A stretch of 42,046 nucleotides of DNA from Arcobacteraceae bacterium (GCA_965224485.1 CBDCZH010000014.1:1-42046), one strand, 5' to 3'; shown: positions 1 to 9,323, numbered from the stretch's first letter. Translations and numbers: made by a program. Notes: generated by a model from the letters alone, not told the origin.

Positions 1-329
1 ATGTGGAAGAAGTTCTTGGTGATAAAATGGGTGTAATTGCTTTAGTAGTAAAATCAAAAATTGATGGAAAAACTAGACAATTAGATGTTCCTGGAGTTTT
101 TGTATTTGTTGGACGAGATGTTTTAAGTAATAGCTTAAAACAAGATGATGGTTCATACCTTTGTGATGTAAATGCTCAAACTGAAATTATTGTTGATTTA
201 AAAATGAGAACAAATGTACCTGGACTTTATGCAGCAGGTGATGTTAGAATTGATGCAGCTAAACAAGTAGTTTGTGCAGCAGCAGATGGTTCAGTTGCTG
301 CAATTGATATTATTGAGTACATAGGCTAA
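1..329 (+). CDS. trxB: thioredoxin-disulfide reductase, C-terminal part (truncated by window edge)
   Basis: TNVPGLYAAGDVR FAD-binding motif and KQVVCAAADG, typical TrxB C-terminus; lies upstream of dapB. Confidence 0.9.
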   Translation, partial: VEEVLGDKMGVIALVVKSKIDGKTRQLDVPGVFVFVGRDVLSNSLKQDDGSYLCDVNAQTEIIVDLKMRTNVPGLYAAGDVRIDAAKQVVCAAADGSVAAIDIIEYIG

Positions 330-368
330 AGCTTAGACATATTTAATGTACAATTTAAAAGGAAGTAA

Positions 369-1142
369 ATGATTAATGTAGGTGTAGTTGGAAGTACAGG
401 AAGAGTAGGTTCTTTATTAATTGATGATTTAGAACTAGATGAAGGAACTAAGTTAAGTGCTTGTCATGTTTTTGATGAAATGAAAAAAGAAGTTCCTAAA
501 GGAACTGTTATTACAAATGACATGAAAATTCTTTTAGATTCATCTGATATTGTTATTGATTTCTCAGCTCCAAGTGCAACTGAAGAGTTGTTAAATCAAG
601 TTGTTGAACAAGGTGCTTGTAAACCTTTAGTTATTGCAACAACAGGATTTTCTAAACATCAGCAAAATTTATTAATAGAAGCTAGTAAAAAAGTTCCAAT
701 TTTATATGCAACTAATATGAGTTTAGGAGTTGCTGTTTTAAATAAACTTGTTTCTTTAGCTGCTAAAACTCTAAGTGATTTTGATATTGAAATAGTTGAA
801 CAACATCATAGACATAAGGTAGATTCACCTTCTGGAACTGCTTTAACCCTAGCTGATCATGCAGCAAAGGCTAGAGATTTAGATCTTGATAAAATTAGAG
901 TTTCAGGTCGTGATGGAGTTATTGGAGCTAGAAGTAAAGATGAAATTGGTGTTATGAGTTTAAGAGGTGGTGATATAGTAGGTCGTCATACTGTTGGACT
1001 TTATAATGATGGTGAATTTCTTGAACTACATCATACAGCAACCGCAAGAAATACTTTTTCAAAAGGAGCTATTAAAGCTGCTAAATGGTTGGTTAATCAA
1101 GAGCCTGGACTTTATTCAATTAATGATTGTCTTGGGTTGTAG
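369..1142 (+). CDS. dapB: 4-hydroxy-tetrahydrodipicolinate reductase
   Basis: N-terminal GSTGRVG nucleotide-binding motif, EQHHRHKVDSPSGTA signature, RGGDIVGRH; SD AAGGAAG upstream. Confidence 0.97.
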   Translation: MINVGVVGSTGRVGSLLIDDLELDEGTKLSACHVFDEMKKEVPKGTVITNDMKILLDSSDIVIDFSAPSATEELLNQVVEQGACKPLVIATTGFSKHQQNLLIEASKKVPILYATNMSLGVAVLNKLVSLAAKTLSDFDIEIVEQHHRHKVDSPSGTALTLADHAAKARDLDLDKIRVSGRDGVIGARSKDEIGVMSLRGGDIVGRHTVGLYNDGEFLELHHTATARNTFSKGAIKAAKWLVNQEPGLYSINDCLGL

Positions 1143-1213
1143 GTTGTAGGTTGTAAGTTTATAGGTTAGTATGTTTGTAAGTTAGTGAGTTTTTAGAGTT
1201 AGTTCGTTATGTT
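1136..1213 (+). repeat. degenerate 7-8 bp tandem array (GTTGTAG / GTTTGTAA-like)
   Basis: gttgtag gttgtag gttgtaa gtttatag gttagtat gtttgtaa gttagtga..., starting inside the dapB stop region. Confidence 0.75.
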
Positions 1214-1312
1214 AAATATTAAAAAAAACGAAAACAAAAAGATATTTTTTAATAGACAAATTTGTTTATTAATTGCATTTGGTTCACTTTTTGTTTTTTA
1301 AAGGTTAAATAA

Positions 1313-2659
1313 ATGTGCGCAATAGTTGGAATTTATGGAAATGAAAATGCAGCGAGAATGGCTTCTTTAGCCCTGTTCTCTATGCAACATCGAGGTCAAG
1401 AAGCAAGTGGTATATCATCATCATCAAATGGTAAAATTAATACATATAAAAGACGAGGTTTAGTATCTGAAGTTTTTAAAGAAGATACTTTAGCTCTCTT
1501 AACTGGAAATATGGCAATTGGTCATAATAGATATTCAACAGCTGGTGGAGATACTCTTGATGATACTCAACCTATTTTTGCTAGATATAAATTAGGCGAA
1601 ATTTCTGTTGTTCATAATGGTAATTTAATTAATAAAGAAGAAGTGAGAACTGAACTTATTAATGATGGTGCAATCTTTCAATCAGGACTTGATTCTGAAA
1701 ACTTAGTACACTTAATTGCAAAAAGCACGAAAGATAGATTAAGAGATAGAATAAAAGAAGCTTTAGAGAAAACTATTGGTGCTTTTTGTTTTATTGTTCA
1801 ATCACGTTCAAAACAGTTTGTAATTAGAGATAGATATGGAATCAGACCTTTATCTTTAGGTAAAATCAGAACTGGTGGTTATATTGTTGCAAGTGAAACT
1901 TGTGCTTTTGAATTAGTTGATGCTGAGTTCATTAGAGATATTAGACCAGGTGAGATGTTAATTTTTAGTGAAGATTGTGCTGATTTAGAATCAATACAAC
2001 TTTTTGAACCAGAATTTAGACCTTGTGCTTTTGAATATGTTTATTTTGCACGACCTGATTCTGTTATTGATGGTAAAACTGTTTATGAAACAAGAGAGAG
2101 AATGGGTGAGCAACTTGCTTTAAATGATAAGGGAAATAAAATTAAAGTTGATATGGTTGTTCCTGTTCCTGATTCTGGTGTTCCAGCTGCTTTAGGTTAT
2201 TCTGCACAAAGTGGAGTTCCTTTTAAATATGGAATTATTAGAAATCATTATGTTGGACGAACATTTATTGAACCAACGCAAGAAATGAGAGCTTTAAAAG
2301 TTAAAATGAAACTTTCACCTATGAGATCACTTATTGAAGGTAAGTCTTTATTAGTAATTGATGATTCAATTGTACGAGGAACTACTTCAAAAAGAATAGT
2401 AAGAATGCTAAAAGATGCAGGTGCCGCAGAAGTTCATTTTAGAGTTGCTAGTCCTGAAATTAAATTTCCTTGTTATTATGGAATTGATACTCCTGATAAA
2501 AATGAATTAATTTCTTCTTCTATGAGTAAAGATGAGGTATGTAAATATATTGGAGCTGATACTTTAGAGTATTTATCAATTAAAGACTTAACAAACGCAA
2601 TAGGTGATCGAAATTACGGTTTAGAGAGTTTTGATGGCGATTATTTCGTAAAAAAATAA
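1313..2659 (+). CDS. purF: amidophosphoribosyltransferase
   Basis: N-terminal MCAIVG (Ntn catalytic Cys), QHRGQE, GHNRYST, PRPP-binding DDSIVRGTT. Confidence 0.98.
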   Translation: MCAIVGIYGNENAARMASLALFSMQHRGQEASGISSSSNGKINTYKRRGLVSEVFKEDTLALLTGNMAIGHNRYSTAGGDTLDDTQPIFARYKLGEISVVHNGNLINKEEVRTELINDGAIFQSGLDSENLVHLIAKSTKDRLRDRIKEALEKTIGAFCFIVQSRSKQFVIRDRYGIRPLSLGKIRTGGYIVASETCAFELVDAEFIRDIRPGEMLIFSEDCADLESIQLFEPEFRPCAFEYVYFARPDSVIDGKTVYETRERMGEQLALNDKGNKIKVDMVVPVPDSGVPAALGYSAQSGVPFKYGIIRNHYVGRTFIEPTQEMRALKVKMKLSPMRSLIEGKSLLVIDDSIVRGTTSKRIVRMLKDAGAAEVHFRVASPEIKFPCYYGIDTPDKNELISSSMSKDEVCKYIGADTLEYLSIKDLTNAIGDRNYGLESFDGDYFVKK

Positions 2660-2742
2660 AGAGCTAAATCTAAAAAGATATAGAGCTTAAGAAAAATATA
2701 AAGATTAATAAAATTAAAAAAACTAAAAAAAACTATAATAAT

Positions 2743-3693
2743 AAAGAAGTATTAACTATAGGTAAATACTTCAGAGCAAAATTTGGGGAAACTATTTATA
2801 AAGTACCTATTTCAATATCAGGTTTTACCTGTCCTAATATTGATGGAACAGTAGCAAAGGGTGGTTGTACTTTTTGTGAAAATGATTCTTTTTCTCCAAA
2901 TTTAAGTGAAAAAAAGTCTAAATTTAAATTAAATCCAAGAGTTGAAGAAAATCCCTATTTAGAAAATCAATTAAAACAATTAGACATGCAGTTTAATGCT
3001 ACAAAAGATGTATTGAGTAAAAAGTTTTCTGCAAAAAAGTTTATTGTATATTTTCAAAGTTTTACAAATACTTATGCTCCTATGAAAACGTTAAAAGCCT
3101 TATATGATAGAGCTTTGTCTTATGATAATGTAATAGGTCTTTCAATTGGAACACGAACAGATTGTGTTACAGATGAAATATTAGATTATTTAAAAGATTT
3201 ATCAAAAAATAAAGAAGTATGGATTGAATATGGGGTTCAATCTTTTTATGATGAAACTTTAGAAGAGATAAATAGAGGTGATACTGCTGCTAATATGAAG
3301 TATTGGATAGCAAGGTCAAAAGAAAAAGGTTTAAATGTTTGTGCTCACTTGATTTATGGTTTACCTAATGAAAACCAAGAAATGATGTTAGATACTTTAA
3401 AACAAACACTTGAGCTAAATATTGACTCTATTAAGTTTCATCCCTTATATGTTGTAAAAAATACAATTTTAACTTCAACGTATAAAAAAGGTAACTTTAC
3501 TCCAATTAGTGAAGACTTATATATAGATACAGTAGTTAAATCAATAAAAGCACTACCTTCTAATGTTTCTGTTCAAAGAGTCACTGCTGGAATTAATGAT
3601 GATAGCCTTTTAGCTCCACAATGGTGTAGATATAAAGATAAGCAAATAAATAAGATTAAAAAAGCTTTATTAAAAGAAAATTTAAAATATTGA
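2743..3693 (+). CDS. TIGR01212/YhcC-family radical SAM protein; start uncertain, frame open from 2674
   Basis: Frame upstream of the tracked ATG (2986) encodes KEVLTIGKYF...GFTCPNIDGTVAKGGCTFC (CX11CX2C at 2830-2877); downstream YFQSFTNTY, GTRTDC, KFHPL. Confidence 0.85.
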   Translation, partial: KEVLTIGKYFRAKFGETIYKVPISISGFTCPNIDGTVAKGGCTFCENDSFSPNLSEKKSKFKLNPRVEENPYLENQLKQLDMQFNATKDVLSKKFSAKKFIVYFQSFTNTYAPMKTLKALYDRALSYDNVIGLSIGTRTDCVTDEILDYLKDLSKNKEVWIEYGVQSFYDETLEEINRGDTAANMKYWIARSKEKGLNVCAHLIYGLPNENQEMMLDTLKQTLELNIDSIKFHPLYVVKNTILTSTYKKGNFTPISEDLYIDTVVKSIKALPSNVSVQRVTAGINDDSLLAPQWCRYKDKQINKIKKALLKENLKY

Positions 3694-3710
3694 TATTTAG
3701 TTGATGGTTT

Positions 3711-3738
3711 ATAGTTTAAAGTTTTACCTTTAAACTAT
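3711..3738. terminator. hairpin between convergent genes (likely bidirectional terminator)
   Basis: atagtttaaag-ttttac-ctttaaactat, perfect 11-bp stem. Confidence 0.6.
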
Positions 3739-3746
3739 CTTTATTC

Positions 3747-4646
3747 TTATCGTTTTACTTTTAGTAAATAATCTACAACATTTTCTACAAAAGCATCATG
3801 CTTTCTATCTTTTCTATATACAATATATAGTTTTCTCATCATTTTACTTGTTCCAATTCTTGTCTCAAATAAGGCATTTGATTTTAACAAAGAATCAATG
3901 GCATTTCTTGATACTACTGATACTGTTGGTGTGTCAGTAGTATTTGAGTGAAGTACTGTTTGAACAATAGTTGTAGCAGAGGTAACTTCACTTGTTACAT
4001 CAAAATCATCACAGTCAGGAAAATTTGCATTTTCAAGGGAGTCTCTAAATAACATTCTTGTTTGTGAATCAGGATTTCTACAAACCCATTTGTAAGATAA
4101 TAAATCTTCTGGTTTTGCTCGCAAGGGAAGTTTTTGGTTTGAAAAAATTACAAGTTCATCTTCCATCCATTCTCTATACACTAAACTTTCATCTGCTATA
4201 TATGATTCAACTAAAGCAATATCTGTTTTTTTATCTAATAAGTCTTCAATTGCTTGGTTTGAAACAGATACATTAACAGATACATGATTATTGATATTTT
4301 CTCTTAAATTATTTAAAAACTTAGGAAGTATATAATTTCCGATTATAAAAGAAGCTCCAAAAATAAATGTAATATCTTTATTCATAATTTTCAATAAGTC
4401 TTTTTCTGAATTATTTACACATTTTTGAATTTTCTGAGCAATAACTAAAAGCATTTGACCTTCTTTAGTTAGTCTAATTCCATTCTTTTTTCTATCAACT
4501 ACTTGCACATCTAAATAATCTTCAATAAATTTCATTTGTTGTGTAACTGCAGGTTGTGAAATCCCAAGTTTAGCTGAAGCTTTTGAAAAAGATTTTTCTT
4601 TTACTACAGTTAAAAAGGTTTGAAGTTTTGCAAAATCTGTTAACAT
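3747..4646 (-). CDS. LysR-family transcriptional regulator
   Basis: N-terminal HTH SFSKASAKLGISQPAVTQQMKFIE...LTKEG; about 300 aa with substrate-binding domain. Confidence 0.95.
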   Translation of the reverse strand: MLTDFAKLQTFLTVVKEKSFSKASAKLGISQPAVTQQMKFIEDYLDVQVVDRKKNGIRLTKEGQMLLVIAQKIQKCVNNSEKDLLKIMNKDITFIFGASFIIGNYILPKFLNNLRENINNHVSVNVSVSNQAIEDLLDKKTDIALVESYIADESLVYREWMEDELVIFSNQKLPLRAKPEDLLSYKWVCRNPDSQTRMLFRDSLENANFPDCDDFDVTSEVTSATTIVQTVLHSNTTDTPTVSVVSRNAIDSLLKSNALFETRIGTSKMMRKLYIVYRKDRKHDAFVENVVDYLLKVKR

Positions 4647-4773
4647 TATACTATCCCTTTAAATTTAAAAAAATTTATAATTATGTTAACATTTATTTAT
4701 ATATTAAAGCTTTAATATTTCCTATCTTAAGGCTTTTTATTAATATACGAGCTTATAAAATTTATATAAACTA

Positions 4774-4782
4774 TGATATAAT
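4774..4782 (+). promoter_or_regulatory. extended -10 promoter element for uvrD
   Basis: TGATATAAT (TGn-TATAAT) about 50 nt upstream of the uvrD ATG. Confidence 0.55.
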
Positions 4783-4831
4783 AATTTTATATTAAGTAAG
4801 AAAAATTTCTTATTGTTTATGGGGAAAATGA

Positions 4832-6886
4832 ATGTCTGAAACTATTTTATCATCTTTAAATGATTCTCAAAAAGAAGCTGCCCAACATATAGATGGTTCA
4901 CTTCTAATTTTAGCTGGTGCAGGTTCTGGAAAAACCAAAACCATTACAGCAAGACTTGCTTATCTTATTTCAATAGGAATAGATCCAAGCTCAATCTTAA
5001 CTTTAACGTTTACTAATAAAGCAGCAACAGAAATGCGTGAAAGAGCATTTACATTAATTGATTCAAATAGTTTAAATACTCCACCATTATTATGTACTTT
5101 TCATAAATTTGGACTTCTATTTTTAAAATTTCATATGCAAAAACTAGACAGAAAAAATAATTTTATTATTATAGATAGTGATGATAAAAAAAGAATTTTA
5201 AGATCAATTGATAAAGAAATTACTACTTCTATTTTAGCCTCTGAAATATCAAAATATAAAAATACTATAATAAGTCCTTTAGAAGCTAAAGGTGCAGCTC
5301 AGTTAAAACAATACCAACAAATAGCTGATGTGTATGAAAAATATGAAGCATATTTAGTTAAAAATAATTTAGTAGATTTTGATGATTTATTGTTATTGCC
5401 TTATTTAATTTTAAAAGATGATGCTGAGCTTACTAAAGAAGTTAGTGATAAATATAAATATATTATGGTTGATGAGTACCAAGATACAAATGAACTACAA
5501 TATAAACTTCTGCGAAAAATATGTGAAACACACAATAATTTATGTGTAGTTGGAGATGATGACCAGAGTATTTATGGCTGGCGTGGTGCAACTATAAAAA
5601 ATATTTTAAATTTTGAATCTCATTTTAAAAATACAAAAGTTGTAAAACTAGAATATAATTACAGATCAACAGATACTATATTAGATCATGCAAATCAGTT
5701 AATTGAACATAATCGTGATAGATTAGGTAAGAAGTTAAAAGGTACAAGGCATAAAGGTGATTCAATTAGAGTTTATGAATCACATGATGAAAATGAAGAA
5801 ACAAGAAAACTAGTAGCAGATATACTTAAATTAATAGATTCAGGGACTTCTCCTAAAGATATAGCCATTTTATTTAGAGTTAATGCACTTTCTCGTTCCT
5901 TAGAAGAAGGTTTTAATAAAGCAAAAATCAATTATAAACTTGTTGGTGGAATGAAATTTTATGAAAGAGCTGAAATTAAAGATTTAATAGCTTTTTTTAG
6001 ACTTTTAACAAATGAAACTGATAATTTCTCACTTAAGCGAGTAGTAAATAAACCAAAACGTGGAATTGGAAAAACAACAATTGATAAACTTGAAGCTGCT
6101 TCTTTAGAGCATTCAAAATCAATATTTTCACTTCTTGAAGATTTAAGTGCAGATGAACTAGCGCTAATTGTAGGAAAAAAGAATTCACGAACATTAAAAG
6201 TTTTCATGGCTTCTATTATGGACTTAAAAGATATTTTGGATGAATCAAAAATGAAATTTTTAGATGATTTTGAAGATATTTTTGATTATAGAGCTTCTTA
6301 TGATAGTGTTCCTGATGGTTTTGAGAGACAGGCCAATATAGATGAGTTTTATGGATATATAAGAGATTATTTTATAAGAAATCCACATTTAGGATTAGAT
6401 GATTTTTTAAATGAAATCGCTTTAGAATCACAACAAGATAAACTTTTCTCAGAAGCTATCTCAATGATGAGTATTCATGCTGCAAAAGGTTTAGAGTATA
6501 AAAATGTATTTGTAATTGGGCTTGAAGAAGGATTCTTTCCTATTATTGGAGATGGAAGTAATATTGAAGAAGAGAGACGTTTAGGTTATGTTGCTTTTAC
6601 AAGAGCTATGGATAATTTAACACTTTCTTTTGTTCACTCACGTTTCTATAAAGGGAAACGGGCAAATTTACTAAAGTCAAGATTTTTAAGTGAATCAGGG
6701 CTTATAAAAGGCTCTTTAACAATTGAGAAACATAGTGCTTATAAAAAAGGTGACTTAATAAAACATAAAATATTTGGAATGGGTAGGGTTGAGAAGTTTT
6801 CTAAGGCTGGAAAAGAGTTTAAGCTGAGTATTAATTTTGGTGGAACCAAAAGGGACATCCTCTCTTCCTTCGTTGAAAAAATATAG
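4832..6886 (+). CDS. uvrD: UvrD/PcrA/Rep-family ATP-dependent DNA helicase
   Basis: AGAGSGKT, VDEYQDTN, GDDDQSIYGWRGA, NYRS, HAAKGLE, EEERRLGYVAFTRA. Confidence 0.93.
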   Translation: MSETILSSLNDSQKEAAQHIDGSLLILAGAGSGKTKTITARLAYLISIGIDPSSILTLTFTNKAATEMRERAFTLIDSNSLNTPPLLCTFHKFGLLFLKFHMQKLDRKNNFIIIDSDDKKRILRSIDKEITTSILASEISKYKNTIISPLEAKGAAQLKQYQQIADVYEKYEAYLVKNNLVDFDDLLLLPYLILKDDAELTKEVSDKYKYIMVDEYQDTNELQYKLLRKICETHNNLCVVGDDDQSIYGWRGATIKNILNFESHFKNTKVVKLEYNYRSTDTILDHANQLIEHNRDRLGKKLKGTRHKGDSIRVYESHDENEETRKLVADILKLIDSGTSPKDIAILFRVNALSRSLEEGFNKAKINYKLVGGMKFYERAEIKDLIAFFRLLTNETDNFSLKRVVNKPKRGIGKTTIDKLEAASLEHSKSIFSLLEDLSADELALIVGKKNSRTLKVFMASIMDLKDILDESKMKFLDDFEDIFDYRASYDSVPDGFERQANIDEFYGYIRDYFIRNPHLGLDDFLNEIALESQQDKLFSEAISMMSIHAAKGLEYKNVFVIGLEEGFFPIIGDGSNIEEERRLGYVAFTRAMDNLTLSFVHSRFYKGKRANLLKSRFLSESGLIKGSLTIEKHSAYKKGDLIKHKIFGMGRVEKFSKAGKEFKLSINFGGTKRDILSSFVEKI

Positions 6887-7024
6887 GGTATAAAGCTTTA
6901 GCTTTTATCCTATTTCTTCGTTGGAATCTAAAATTTACTCGTCACATACTTTTGTATGCTCCTCTTAAATTTTTAGAGTCCGCCTTGAACTAGTACAAAA
7001 TCTAAAGCTTTCTGCCCTATATTT
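6879..7024 (+). repeat. 146-bp long imperfect palindrome, ERIC-like element copy 1
   Basis: Arms aaatatagggtataaagctttagctttt.../...aaaatctaaagctttctgccctatattt; core gTCAcatac-tttt-gtatgCTCC; internal loop ttcgt/cctt. Confidence 0.85.
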
Positions 7025-7060
7025 GGCTTAGTGTGATAAATTTAAAATTAAAAGAAGAAA

Positions 7061-7909
7061 ATGCAGAAAAAACTTTATGATAAAAAACCTTTGAATAAAT
7101 TACTTGTGGTTAATAAACCTATTTATTTTTCTTCAAACTCTTATTTGAATAAAATTAAAAGAAAATATAAAAATAAAAAAGCTGGTTTTAGCGGAACTTT
7201 GGATCCTTTTGCCTGTGGTACTTTAATTGTTGCTTTTGGGCAATATACTAAACTTTTTCCTTATTTGAAAAAAACTCCTAAAACCTATAGAGCAGTTTTA
7301 TGGTTAGGCGCTACTTCGTATTCTGAGGATACTGAGAATATTATTGATATTAAAGATGAGCCTTTATTAAACACTTCATTAATAAAAAATGAACTTTTAA
7401 AACTTTTAGGTGAAATTAAATATAAGCCACCAATTTATTGTGCTAAAAAAATAAATGGAGTTAGGGCTTATACTTTAGCTAGGGCTGGAGAAGAAGTTAA
7501 ATTAAAAGATGAAATTATGAAAATTTCTGATATTAAGTTTATCTCATATTCTCATCCTTTCATAACATTTGAAGTAAGTGTAAGTGAGGGTTCATATATA
7601 AGAAGCCTTGGGCAAATATTGACAAAAAATTTGAATACTATTGGAACTTTATCTTATTTAAAACGTTTAAATGAGGGTGAGTTTTTTTATGAAAATGAAA
7701 AAGACTTAAATCCTTTGGATTTCTTAGCCTTAGATAAAAATATCTATACCGGAGACAAAAGCTGGTTAGATGATGGTAAAAAAATATCTTTAGAGTATTT
7801 AGAAAATAAAAATTCTGGCAAATATCTTATTATTTTTGATGATTTTTTTAGTATAATTGAAATAAAAAATGAAGAAGTTCATTATTTATTAAATAAGGTA
7901 AAACTATAG
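7061..7909 (+). CDS. truB: tRNA pseudouridine(55) synthase
   Basis: KKAGFSGTLDPFACG catalytic motif, GSYIRSL. Confidence 0.95.
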   Translation: MQKKLYDKKPLNKLLVVNKPIYFSSNSYLNKIKRKYKNKKAGFSGTLDPFACGTLIVAFGQYTKLFPYLKKTPKTYRAVLWLGATSYSEDTENIIDIKDEPLLNTSLIKNELLKLLGEIKYKPPIYCAKKINGVRAYTLARAGEEVKLKDEIMKISDIKFISYSHPFITFEVSVSEGSYIRSLGQILTKNLNTIGTLSYLKRLNEGEFFYENEKDLNPLDFLALDKNIYTGDKSWLDDGKKISLEYLENKNSGKYLIIFDDFFSIIEIKNEEVHYLLNKVKL

Positions 7910-8670
7910 TGAAGAAAAAATCTTTTGCAAAAGTAAATATTTTTTTAAAAATAGTAGGAAAACGTGATTCTTATCATACTTTAGTATCAAGATTTGTAAA
8001 AGTAGCAAACTTATACGATGAAATAGAGTTTATAAAAGAAAAAAAAGATACTTTTACCTTAGAAGGTAATTTCTCTTGTGCTTTAAAATCAAATACAATT
8101 TATAAAGCTTATGAAGTTTTGAGCATGAAATCACCTAAAGTAAAAGAGTATTTTGAAACACATTTAGTAAAAGTTTCTAAGAATATACCTGAGTTTGCTG
8201 GTTTAGGCGGGGGAAGTTCAAACTGTGCAGTTTTCATGTTAATGGTAAATGAAGTATGTTCTTTAAATTTAAGTAAAAAAGACTTAGTATCTATTGGCGT
8301 TAAGATTGGAGCTGATGTTCCATTTTTTATATATGAATATAATAGTGCAAATGTAAGTGGAATTGGTGAAGTAGTAGAAGAGTTTAAAGAAGATATCTTA
8401 GATATTAAAATAATAACTCCAGGTGTAAAATGTAATACTGCTGAAGTTTTTAAAACTTTTAGTAAAATATTTTATAAAGAGATTTCACAAAAAGAAGCAA
8501 AAGTATTATTAGATAAAAAATCTTTAGATATAATGAATGAATATAATATAAATGAAGCCAATGACTTATATGCTCCTTGTATAAAACAGCATAAAGAGTT
8601 AAAAGAGTTTGAGAAACCTTCTTGGTTCTTTTCAGGCTCAGGAAGTTCATTTTTTAAGGTAATAAGATAA
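7909..8670 (+). CDS. ispE: 4-diphosphocytidyl-2-C-methyl-D-erythritol kinase
   Basis: [26 protein letters not shown] motif, [16 protein letters not shown] start overlaps truB stop. Confidence 0.95.
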   Translation: MKKKSFAKVNIFLKIVGKRDSYHTLVSRFVKVANLYDEIEFIKEKKDTFTLEGNFSCALKSNTIYKAYEVLSMKSPKVKEYFETHLVKVSKNIPEFAGLGGGSSNCAVFMLMVNEVCSLNLSKKDLVSIGVKIGADVPFFIYEYNSANVSGIGEVVEEFKEDILDIKIITPGVKCNTAEVFKTFSKIFYKEISQKEAKVLLDKKSLDIMNEYNINEANDLYAPCIKQHKELKEFEKPSWFFSGSGSSFFKVIR

Positions 8671-8671
8671 T

Positions 8672-9145
8672 ATGAGTACTAATAAAAAAGATTTAAGTTT
8701 AGTCTTCAAAAATAAGAAGGCTTTTCATGATTTTCATATAATTGAGACATATAACACAGGAATTTGCCTAGAAGGTAGTGAAGTAAAAGCTATAAGAGAA
8801 GGGCGAATTAATTTAAAAGATTCTCATGTAAGAATAATAAAAAATGAAGTTTTTATTCTTAATTTACATATCACGCACTTAAGCACAGCTCATAGTACTT
8901 ATCGCCCCGATGAAAGAAGAGATAGAAAACTACTTCTTCATAGAAAAGAAATTAATAAAATGTTTGAAAAGGTCGCAAAAGAGGGATATACCATAGTTCC
9001 TTTGAAAATGTATTTCAATAAAAGAAATATGGTAAAACTTCAAATAGCAACTGCACAGGGTAAAAAACTTCATGATAAAAGAGAAGATTTAAAGAAAAAA
9101 ACTATGCAAAGAGAGACTGCTCAAGCTATTAAAAATTGGAAATAA
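8672..9145 (+). CDS. smpB: SsrA-binding protein
   Basis: [37 protein letters not shown]. Confidence 0.98.
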   Translation: MSTNKKDLSLVFKNKKAFHDFHIIETYNTGICLEGSEVKAIREGRINLKDSHVRIIKNEVFILNLHITHLSTAHSTYRPDERRDRKLLLHRKEINKMFEKVAKEGYTIVPLKMYFNKRNMVKLQIATAQGKKLHDKREDLKKKTMQRETAQAIKNWK

Positions 9146-9257
9146 ATCCTTAGATAATTTTAAATTCTTCTAAGTAAAACTAAGAGCCATTATTATTTAA
9201 AATAAAAAGAACCTTAAAAAAATAAATAACTTGTTAAGCTTAATTTTATTCAAGTTC

Positions 9258-9295
9258 TGATAAAATTTTGCTTATAAGTGACACAAATGTGACTT
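9258..9295 (+). promoter_or_regulatory. cco operon promoter (TGnTAAAAT) with downstream dyad/direct-repeat motif
   Basis: TGATAAAAT at 9258-9266; AAGTGACA-CAAA-TGTGACTT at 9276-9295. Confidence 0.5.
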
Positions 9296-9323
9296 GTACA
9301 TAAAAATTAGGAGGAGGAGATTG

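Noticed and set aside
2600..2659. PurF lacks the C-terminal CxxC Fe-S ligands (GLESFDGDY)
   Set aside because: Fe-S-free PurF variants are well known and this likely reflects the lineage norm.
9146..9290. tmRNA (ssrA) next to smpB
   Set aside because: Gap is too short and AT-rich, with no tRNA-like ends.
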